Source: Camelus ferus (lineage: Eukaryota). From it: a DNA stretch of 64,000 nucleotides. The stretch spans positions 53,880,001 through 53,944,000 of the forward strand of contig NC_045707.1 of assembly GCF_009834535.1 (NCBI RefSeq), given 5' to 3'. This document shows positions 52,130 through 61,641 of this stretch, piece by piece; the first letter of the stretch is position 1, and every line of letters begins with the position of its first letter. The translations under genes and the position numbers were made by a program. A model generated the notes under the pieces. It made no database searches, was not told where the DNA came from, and worked only from the letters and a program-made list of their open reading frames with translations.

Positions 52130-53400
52130 TGTGAGGGCGGTCCCTGAAGTCAGCAATGACTTCTCTGTCCCTAAGACTAAGATTGTTTATCAGTTTTCAT
52201 GTTCTACTTTCATTTGAGTCCTTCCAGAAGAAGATCCTGAGGCGGCTTTGAGTTTGAGAGCACTATTGTTCTTAAATGATTCCAGGAAATATTACCAGCG
52301 CAATGATGAAGACGATAGTCAATAAATCTTTGCTGTCAGGTAACTTTCCCCTGAGAATAACTTAAAGTCAAGCATGCAGGGAAACTGGCATAGCCAGTGT
52401 GGCATAACTTGAAGTCAAGCTCATACCTCAGAGTTATCCTGCTCACGGCCTCAGGGAGTTGGAGTACTTATATGCTAAGTCACATCAACTGGTTGAGGGC
52501 TTGGGAGGAAATTTCTCTGACACTATTGGCCTGTGGTGTAAGCCAAGACAGCAGGTTCTGGTGATCAAAGAAAGCTCTCAGGCAAAAATAATGCAGGTGC
52601 TGGCAGTGGGAATTTGAGCCGCCATGCACCAATCTGTTTAGTGTGAGTGGATACAGGACGATGCTGACAGTGTATGTTACATGTTACTTAAAAGTATTTA
52701 CAGTGTTTGCAACTGATGATTATTTTCTTTTTATAAAAATCCTGTTTCCCCTTCTACTCCTCTACACACTCCTTTGTTTTCATAACTACATTCTTTTCCT
52801 ATTGCCACCACTTAAATATAGACATTTTCCAAGCATCTGTCCATGATTCTTCTCATTTCAACCCGTAACAGTGGTAGCCTCCTGGTTTCTCTATCAGTGC
52901 AGATGATCCCGACATCTAAAACTCAATTCTAACCCTGTTTTCCTGTCCCAAGAAGCAATCCTCCAGTTTAAACCATCACATAGGACACTCCCTCTTCATT
53001 TAGCACTTCAGGATATCCAACACTGACCTTATGCTCTCCCTTAGAAAAACTTCATATTTGAAAAACTACTCATATATTCTTTCAAGTTGAGTTGTCAGAA
53101 AATTCCTCATCATCTTTAACACATCGATTTTCTATCCCCAACATTCAATCAATTACCCTGTCCTGTGAATTCTCTGCCCACAATATCTCTCCTCTGCTTC
53201 TTCCTCTGTAATTTCCACTCAGGAATTCAGACATAGGGATTTCATTATCCTTGACTTGGTCTACTTCAATAACCTCCAGAATGCCTTTTTCTAAAAGAAT
53301 TTCCCATGTCAGCTATTGTTAAATTGATTTTTGTAAAGCACAGTTCTGACCATGTCCTTTTCCCCTCAAAAGTCCTAGAAGACTCCCTATTGCTTACAGA
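52130..53400 (+). mobile_element. L2 (RT remnant) interrupted by an LTR33-like insertion
   Basis: CAATGACTTC...CAGTTTTCAT [LTR] TTACTT...CAGTGTTTGCAACTGATGATTA corresponds to the L2 SVLILLDLSAAFDTVDH region. Downstream TGCAGATGATCCC (ADD) and TCTGACCATGTC. Confidence 0.65.
52205..52681 (-). mobile_element. LTR33-like ERVL solo LTR
   Basis: The reverse strand begins TGTAACATACACTGTC...ACTGCCAGCACCTGCAT...TTTGCCTGAGAGCTTTCT. The other end is GTCCTTCCAGAAGAAGATCCTGAG. Flanks TGTTC/TGTTA are TSD-like. Confidence 0.75.
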
Positions 53401-53424
53401 ATATTGCTGTTACAGAGAACATTA

Positions 53425-53620
53425 GCTCTAGGTCAGTCTAAATTTCTGCCTCACCGCTTACCAACTGTGTGTCATTGATCAAACTATTACACTTTGTGAG
53501 CTTCAGTTTCTTATCTCTAAATGGAGCATGATGATACCGTGTTAACAGTGGTGTTACTTGTATGACCAGTCTGTAAACCAACCAGCACTGTGTCAGGCTT
53601 GCTACAGGCACTCAGTAAAC
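53425..53620 (+). mobile_element. MIR SINE
   Basis: CACCGCTTACCAACTGTGTG...TGTGAGCTTCAGTTTCTTATCTCTAAATGG...GGCACTCAGTAAA. Confidence 0.75.
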
Positions 53621-53744
53621 TTTAGATCAACTTACTGGCAATATAACAGTTCACTTAGATCACGTTTCCTCTTTTTCCAAGATTCATTAGCCCAGCATTA
53701 AAAGTCCTTCAGAATTTATAAATGGAATATAAAAATTACTGCAC

Positions 53745-54150
53745 AAGTTAAAAACCAAACAGATTCAAGAAATATATAGATGACTGCTTATTTGTCTAAT
53801 TATGGGAAAGAGCCTACTAGATGTAAAAGCAAATGGAGAAGCAACAGCAACAAACTGATGGTTTGGAGTACACCATTTTTAAAGGAGAACTGTATATCAA
53901 AAATGCCAAAAATGAAGTGAATGATTTGAAAAAAAATAGAAATAAATATATGCTACATATAGTAGGCAAAAGTTAATGGCCTTCCAGTACAAAAGGTTCT
54001 TACAAATTAATAAGAAAATACAAACACCACAATAGTAAAATTTACAAAGAACATAAACTGGTAACTCAATATGAGATACTATATGATTAATAGATATTAA
54101 AAACGTGTAGCCTCAGAAATAACTGAAGTAATAAAAATTAAAATGCCACA
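53745..54150 (+). mobile_element. Ancient L1 (L1ME-like) ORF2 3' fragment
   Basis: A-rich, with TCTTACAAATTAATAAGAAAA...CAATAGTAAAATTTACAAAGAACATAAAC...ATAAAAATTAAAATG. Confidence 0.55.
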
Positions 54151-54503
54151 CTAGCCAGGCATTATTTAAATTTTTCTCCTCAGCTTTAATCATTCTTCCT
54201 GTAACCTCCACTCATGTTCCTAATTCAGTCTCTGGGAATCTGCATAGAAAAGAAAAATCCTTATATCAAGTATGTCCTTTCAGCTAATTCAAGAAATGTA
54301 TTATTTTATCCCTATAGACTCTCTGCCTAGTAATGGTCACTTCCTTCAATGACTACTTGCATTACTTCGTTAGAAGCCCATATACCATTTCAGCATCCAG
54401 AAATGATGCAAACTGCCAGAAAATATTTGACTATAGTACTCAGGTTTGAAAATAAACATTCTTGGTATAATGTGAGCAGAATAGGTCAGACATATATTTA
54501 AAT

Positions 54504-54720
54504 TAGTGGTTCTCAACTGGGAGCAATTTTGTCCCTTAGGAGACATTTGGCAATGTCAGGAAATATTTTCAATTGTCACAATTGGAGTAAGGAGATTTTT
54601 TACTAGCATCTACCAAGGATGCTGATTAACATCTTGCAAGGTACAGGAAAGTCCCCTCCCTCCACCAACAAATGATTATCTAGTCCAAAATGGCAATAAT
54701 GCTATGGTTGAGAAGCCCTG
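54504..54720 (+). mobile_element. MER20 hAT-Charlie MITE with 8-bp TSD
   Basis: AGTGGTTCTCAACTGGG...GACATTTGGCAATGTC...GGTTGAGAAGCCCTG, with TSD ATTTAAAT (54496-54503) / ATTTAGAT (54721-54728). Confidence 0.92.
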
Positions 54721-55472
54721 ATTTAGATGATGATTTAAGTAATACTATGTCCAAAGAAAAGAAGCAAATTTTTATATTTTAAATTCTAGGTAATTTTTTT
54801 TTTTTTTCAGAGAGTGGCATTCTCTACACCTGAATATTATCTGGCTTTGAAAAAGATTACTCTCTGCATAGTTAAATGGCCATTAAGAAATTTCCCACTG
54901 GAAAAGTGCTGGCCTCAGCTGTGATTACCTTGTGCAAATGTTACTCTCTTCACGAATACATTTGCATTCAGTTAGAGAGATTTACTCATTTACCTCGTAA
55001 TCTTGCCTATGGCATTACTTTATACTTATGTTTCCATAGTGATATACAGACTTTAAAAGGAAATTGGTTCTACATCCTAGGGATAACAAAGCAACAGTTT
55101 GGAGTTAAATAGATTTGAATGGCAGAGTTCTTGCCAAACATTCTTCTAAAAATTATTCTACCTGAAAATTACCTTAATTATTTGACTGGGAGGAAATAAT
55201 ATAATGTAAGAGAAATGAAAATCACATGTACTAACCTTTGTGTGCCATGTGCATAAAGAATCAGAATCAGAATCACAGTATTTACCGTGTCATAAATACT
55301 ATTTCCCTGACTTTGGGCAAAAACTCATAATAATATGGAGAAATGTGTGTATGTATTCTTAAAAAAAACCAAAAACTGAGACCAAAACAAAAATTTACTT
55401 TAAATCGACGGTCTTTTTGTTAAACCTTGAATGTAAAACATCTCCAGGTGTCTCGATTCTAAAGGAATTGGA

Positions 55473-56915
55473 GGGGAGCGGCCAAGATGGCGGAGCAGAA
55501 AGACGCTCGGAGCTCACGCCCTCCCACAGATACACCAAGAGCGACATCCACGGACACACCCGTTGACTCAGAATGCCTGCCGAACTTTGACAGAACATCA
55601 CCTTCTTCAAAAGACAAAATTCGTCACAAATCTGGTAGGAAAAAAAAAAAAAAGAAAAAGGAAATTAGTGCAGGACGGGTCCCGCAGGGAGGGAGCGGCA
55701 AAGGAGGACTAGCGCTCGTTGGCTGGGTCTCCCCTCTCCAACGGAGAGGCCAGTGGGACGGAGCGGGAGCCTCCGAGGCTCGGATCTGTGCAGAACGGCC
55801 CTTGGCCGACAGAACTAAGTTAAACGGGCACAAAGGGTCCTTGCAACCCTCAGCCCGAGACACAAACGGGCAGGGGTGTGACTGGACAGGCTGCCCGAGC
55901 CGGGCGGAGGACTGGCGCTGGCTGCTCAGAGGCCACCTGGGGGGACTGCAGTGTGGTGTGCGCCGTGGCTGGGAGGGTACACAGAGCAGAACCACCTGGG
56001 TTCCCCATAAAAGAAAATAAAATAAAAAAGAAAGCAACACTGCTGGTGCACACTGAGGGGAGGGGTGCCGTGGGCTTTGTCTCCACAGACCTGCCGCACC
56101 GCGCTGGGCGCGCTCTCGGGAGAAGAGAGGCGGGGCTCGGCCACAGCCGCCATAGGCCCTGGTGCGCGGCTCCCAGGCGGAGGCTGGGTGCAAACCTGAA
56201 TGCATACTTAGGGGCTCTGCAACCTCACAGACGGGACTGAGATTTGTTTACAGCCCCAGGCAGGGGGGACGTTCTGCTCCATGGATGCCTTTGTGGGTCC
56301 ATGCCTCTAAGACAAAAGTTCTGACGTACAGTGGGGGTGAGGGCTGGTGCGGCCATTTTCCGTGAGCCCGCCCACTTTGCGCGGGCGCGGCGCTGGGGGC
56401 GGTGCTGGGGGCGGCACTGACCGGTGGCGCTACCCACGGCCCTCTGGAAAGAGCGAGCAGAGTTTGCGCAGTGGGGCAAGTGCAGGAGCTGTGTTTGGCA
56501 TTGGAAATGGCGCTGACCCGGTGGCAAGACCCACGGGCCTCTGGAATGAGTGAGCAGAGTTTGCATAGCAGGGCAAGTGCAGGAGCGGCATTTGGCACTG
56601 GGAATGGTGCTGATCCAAAGGTGTGCCACAATACAGGTGTGCGACCCAGAAATCGTCTTTACTGCACTGGTAGCCCTGAGGGCAGAGAACCTGGGGGACA
56701 CCAGAGCAGTGCACTGACATTCCCACAGCTAAAGTGGAACAAGGGCAGAGTCAACAAAGAGTACTTAAAGTGCTCCAACCCCTCCTATTATGCACTGCAG
56801 CTAAGAAACGGGTCTGGACCCCTCCATTCCAACAAAAGGGGACCAGACAGGCCCCTGTCAGGGCTGTGAAAACCACAGAACAAAAAGAGGCCCCACTCAA
56901 CAGCCAGGGCAGGCT
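55473..56915 (+). promoter_or_regulatory. L1 5'UTR internal promoter / CpG island with YY1 site
   Basis: YY1 motif CAAGATGGCG at 55483-55492. This is the only strongly CpG- and GC-rich stretch in the window. Confidence 0.8.
56412..56616 (+). repeat. About 97-bp tandem repeat (2 copies) in the L1 5'UTR
   Basis: CCGGTGGC at 56421 and 56518. Both units contain CCCACGG.CCTCTGGAA.GAG.GAGCAGAGTTTGC...GGGCAAGTGCAGGAGC...TTTGGCA.TGG.AATGG.GCTGA. Confidence 0.92.
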
Positions 56916-56920
56916 TTATT

Positions 56921-58785
56921 ACAGAAATACAACATACCATAAGAGAATACTATAAACAACTATATGGAAACCAACTGGAAAATCTAGAAGAAATGGACAA
57001 GTTTCTGGAAACATACAGTATACCAAGACTTAACCAAGAAGAAACAGACTGCTTGAACAGACTAGAAATGAAATAGAATTAGCAATAAAAACCTCCTTGC
57101 AAACAAAAGTCCAGGACCAGATGGCTTCACTGGGGAATTCTACCAAACATACAAAGAATTCATACCGGTCCTTCTCAAACTCTTCCAAAAGACTGAAAAG
57201 GAGGGAGTACTCCCAAACTCATTCTGTGAAGCCACCATCACCCTGATACCAAACCAGAGAAAGACACTACCAATAAAGAAAATTACAGACCCAGTATCAC
57301 TGATGAACATAGCTGCAAAAATCCTCAACAAAATATTAGCAAACAGAATCCAACAGCACAAAAAAAAAGATCATACACCATGATCAAGCTGGATTCATCT
57401 CAGGGACACAAGGATGTTTCAACATAATGCAAATCAATCAACATGATACACCATATCAACAAGAGAAAGGACAAAAGTCATGTGATCATCTCAATGGAGA
57501 AAAAGCATTTGATAAAATTCAACACCCACTTATGATAAAATCTCTCACCAAAGTGGGTATAAAGGGAACATATCTCAACTTAATAAAAGCTATTTATGAC
57601 AAACCTACAGCCAGCATAGTACTCAACAGTGAAAAACTGAACGCCTTCCCACTAAAATCTGGAACAAGACAAGAATGCCCCTCTTCACTACTTCTATTCA
57701 ACATAGTATTGACCTATGGTCAATTAATCTTCAACACAGGAGGCAAGAATATACAATGGAGAAAAGATAGTCTCTTCAGCATGTGGTGTTGGGAAAACTG
57801 GGTAGCAGCATGCAAATCAATAAAGTTAGAACACTCCCTCACACCATACACAAAAATAAACTCAAAATGGCTTAAAGATTTATATATAAGACAAGACATA
57901 ATAAACCTCCTAGAAGAAAACATAGGCAAAACATTATCTGACATAAATCTAGCAATGTTCCCCTACAGCAGTCTACCCAGGCAATAGAAGTAAGAGCAAA
58001 AATAAACAAAGGAACCTAATTAAACTTATAAGCTTTTGCATAGCAAAGGAAACCATAAGCAAAACAAAACAACCACCTATGGAATGGGAGAAAATATTTG
58101 CAAATGATGTAATGGACAAGGGCTTAATTTCCAGAATATATAAACAGCTCATATAACTTAATAAAACAACCCAATCCAAAAATGGACAGAAGACCTAAAC
58201 AAGCAATTCTCCAATGAAGACATACAAATGGCCAATAGGCACATGAAAAAATGCTCAATATCACTAATTATTAGAGAAATGCAAATCAAAACTACAATGA
58301 GGTGTCACCTCCCACCAGTCAGAATAGCCATCATCAAAAGTCCATAAATGATAAATGCTGGAGAGAGTGTGGAAAAAAAGGGAACCCTCCTACACTGCTG
58401 GTGGGAATGTAGTTTGGTGCAGCCATTATGGAAAACAGTATGGAGATTCCTCCAAAGACTAGAAATAGACCTACCATATGACCCAGCAGTCCCACTTCTG
58501 GGTGTGTATCTGGAGGGAACTCTAATTTGATAAGATACATGCACACCAATGTTCATAGCAGCACTATATACAATAGGCAAGACATGGAAGCAACCTAAAA
58601 GTCCATCAACAGGTAACTGGATAAAGAAGTTGTGATATATTTATACAATGGAATATTACTCAGCCATAAAAGGATAAAATAATGCCATTTGCAGCAACAT
58701 GGATGGACTTAGGTATCATTCTAAGTGCAGTAAGCCAGAAAGAGAAAGAAAAACACCATATGATATCACTTACATGTGGAATTGA
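56921..58785 (+). pseudogene. Disrupted, internally deleted L1 ORF2 remnant
   Basis: Multiple frameshifts. ORF-track pieces 57427-57987 and 58348-58530 translate to L1 ORF2p motifs, including the C-terminal Cys-rich region. No FADD/YADD motif. Confidence 0.9.
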
Positions 58786-59608
58786 AAAAAAAGGACACTA
58801 TGAACTCATCTACAAAATGGAAACGGACTCACAGACATAGTAAACAATGTTATGGTTGGTTGCCGGGGAAGGGGGTGAGAAGGGCTAAATTTGGGAGTTT
58901 GAGATTACAAATGTTAGCTACTATATATAAAAATAAACAAGTTTTTTCTATATAGCACAGAGAACTATGTTAATATCTTGTAATAACCTTTAATGAAAAA
59001 AATATGAAAATGAATATATATATGTATATATATGACTGGGACATTGTGCTGTACACCAGCAGTTGACACATTGTAATTGAGTGTACTCCAATAAAAAAAT
59101 TTAAAAAATAAAGGAATTGGACACCATGACTCACAGGAGCAGTGGGCGGCAGGAAAAGAGGGAGTCAGAGAAGCAAAACCAGAAGTGGAGTCATGGTGCC
59201 CTTTATTCCTTTCCTAGCAATAGTGAATGGTGCACTCCCGCAGCACTAGCTCACTATATGACAAAGTGACAGTCAAGCAAAAAGGTATCAGAAACAATGA
59301 ATTTCAAAAAACTTGTGATAAAATACAAGCTACTTGGATTCTCTCAGGAAGAGAAGGACGTTTTGATGATGGGTAACTTGGAGCCCCAGTAATGATGTTG
59401 TCAGTTTTTAACTGCATTGTGATTTACGTTCAAGTCCAGCAGAGAAGTAAAGTGACCTGGAAGATACTCGTATGCGTTTATAAAACTATTATCAGATAAA
59501 AAAAAAAAAATGCCAGTGACTTAAGTTGTCATTTGAATTGTGATATTTGGACCTTAGAAATAATAAACTAATATTTCACCTATTTGCCTAGTTGAGCTTT
59601 TATCATTA

Positions 59609-59815
59609 CACTTGGCCCTCGAGCAACATGGGTTTGAACTGGATAGACCCACTTTTACAGGGATTTTTTTCAGTAAATATGTCGAACAGTACAACATGAT
59701 CTATGGTTGGTTGAATCCCCAGATGTGGAGGGCCGACTGTAAAGTTACACACCAATTTTCAGCTGCAAAGGGTTGTTCAGCACTCCTAACCCCCATACTG
59801 TTCAAAGGTCAACTG
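59609..59815 (+). mobile_element. Tigger2/MER8-like MITE
   Basis: TA-CACTTGGCCCTCGAGCAACATGGGTTTGAACTG...TGTTCAAAGGTCAACTG-TA. Confidence 0.88.
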
Positions 59816-59872
59816 TATTTAGTATGATTTTACCTAATACTCATAATACAGATAATTGAAAAACATGATCCT

Positions 59873-60254
59873 TTTTATAACCGGAATTGTGCCCCTCCCA
59901 AATTCGTCTGTTGAAGTCCTAACTCCCAGTACCTCAGAACATGCCTGTATTTATGGATAGTGTCTTAAAGAGGCAATTAAGTTAAAATGAAGTCATTAAG
60001 GTGTGGTCTAATCCAATATGACCAGTGACCTCATAAGAAGAGGAAATTTGGACACAGAAACATACAGAGGGACAATGAAGATACAGGTAGAAAGCAACTA
60101 TCAACAAGCCAAGGAGAAAGAATTCAGAATAAACAATTGCCATCACCTTGATCTCTGACTTCTAGCCTCCAGAATTGTGAAAAAAATTAATTCCTCTTGT
60201 TAAGCCACCCCGTCTATGGTACGTTTTTGTGACAACCCAATCACACAATGCTCA
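59873..60254 (+). mobile_element. MLT1B-like MaLR solo LTR
   Basis: GAATTGTGCCCCTCCCAAATTC...TGTTGAAGTCCTAACTCCCAGTACCTCAGAA...AATCCAATATGAC...ATAAGAAGAGGAAATTTGGACACAGA...GACTTCTAGCCTCCAGAATTGTGA. Confidence 0.9.
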
Positions 60255-60451
60255 AACAAGCTTTCCAAATGGTGACTTCTTAAAGGAATCTCCTAATGTT
60301 TCAATTTACATGGTGCATTTATTCTCAGTAACTTAAAACCTTTCAATTAATTGTTATTTCTGATTTCAGAGGCCCAGTTTAGAGTTTTACATTAAGGTAT
60401 AATTTACATACAGTAAATTTTTCTTTTCCAGTGTACGGTTTTGTGAGTTGT

Positions 60452-61200
60452 GACTGGGTCAAGTCCAGAAACTGGGCAAGGGATTATAGCTGTTTGTTGG
60501 GATGGTTGCCTTCTGCCTTTCGAGTACCCATGATGATTTCTTTTAGTTTATGAATTAAGCTCCACACGTGTTGGACTCCTGTGCATCCTTCTCCTGGGAC
60601 TACTGCATTCTACCACCTACCTGTGTACTCTCTATAGGTCAGACCCCTTTGATCTACTACTTGCCAGTAATAATAATTGCATCCACTTTGCTTCTGATAG
60701 ATAAGAGCTGTCACCTGACTCTATTATTTTAGGTTCCTATCATCTTCATTGCTGTCAGGGAGCCTGTTACTACCGATAGTCGTGGCCACCAGAGGAGAAC
60801 CCACCGCAAGGATAAAGGCAGTCCTAGTGCCAATGCATTTCTTATTGCTTTAGTTAGAGTCTCCGGCCAGTTTTCTTACATGACAAAGGTGGCTCCTGTG
60901 TGTTCTGGGGCCTCCTACTATGCTCACTTTTATGAGCTTTTTTATTCTGTTTTCCACTATCTGCCATAATAATTCTGGTAAGCAGACTTCACTTAATGTG
61001 AACCATTGATTTTTCACTTATTCTAAGAGTCTTATGAGGTATTGCAACAGCCAAGGACAATCCCTTCTACAGGCATCTTATCCCAGTTTGTCATCAGTAA
61101 AATTTTAGCAGTTACACCACTGTAGCATGCTAGGAGCAGTCACTGCCATCAGTGATGGAATCTTTATTTCCAGCTGGTGTTCCATCTACAAAATCCTAAT
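60452..61200 (-). mobile_element. ERVL-class internal (ERV3-16A3-like) gag remnant
   Basis: Minus-strand translation fragments TKAIRNAL, GSLTAMKMIG, QVTALIYQKQSGCNY and LAQFLDLTQ resemble recalled ERVL gag motifs (TKAIRNALVRGAP, QVAALNRQ, QFPDLSQF). Confidence 0.7.
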
Positions 61201-61202
61201 TT

Positions 61203-61641
61203 TGTGCCTGCCTTTAGAACATTCCCAGGAATCAGATTCTAAGATGGATATTTGTGTGCAGGAAGTGTTTTGAGGAGTTCTCCCTGGAACATACTGTAAG
61301 GGGAGGAGGGGAGTAGGATCAGGCAGAAAAAGAAGCTGAAACACAAGGCAGTCGCATCAGAGACCCTGCTTAATACCGTGAGGAACTCTAAAGCTGAGGT
61401 GACCCTTTGAATTGAGGAAAGGGTGCCAAGCCATTTTATCCAGCATCAATTAGTTATTGGATGTAGATTAGCTCCAAGAAGGGGCTAAGCTTGAGCAAGA
61501 CAGCTCCTTTGATTGAGGGTAGGTCCTGAAGAGGGTCTCAGCTTTTGAGCCACCTGTAGTGAACACTTCTGTCTACTGGGGATATCAGTGCCTCTGAACT
61601 GAACAATGATGTGGGCAGCTCATCACAACATCCATTTGCCA
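61203..61641 (-). mobile_element. LTR16A-like ERVL LTR (5' LTR of the adjacent gag remnant)
   Basis: TTCCCAGGAATCAGATTCTAAGATGGATATTTGTGTGCAGGAAG...GAATTGAGG...CATCAATTAGTTATTGGATG...CAGCTCCTTTG...CACAACATCCA. Confidence 0.8.

Larger units (their letters stand above)
55473..59108 (+). mobile_element. L1-derived element with full 5'UTR and 3' end, lacking ORF1, EN and the RT core
   Basis: Starts GGGGAGCGGCCAAGATGGCGG and ends AATAAA plus A-tail, with perfect TSD TAAAGGAATTGGA (55460-55472, 59109-59121). ORF2 remnants: [68 protein letters not shown]. Confidence 0.95.

Noticed and set aside
56412..56616. CRISPR-like array
   Set aside because: Only two long diverged tandem units without unique spacers, in mammalian L1 sequence.
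55473..56900. CpG-island promoter of a host gene
   Set aside because: It lies wholly inside the TSD-bounded L1-derived element and begins with the L1 YY1 motif.
57427..57987. Functional reverse transcriptase CDS
   Set aside because: It is a frameshifted fragment lacking the catalytic FADD region.
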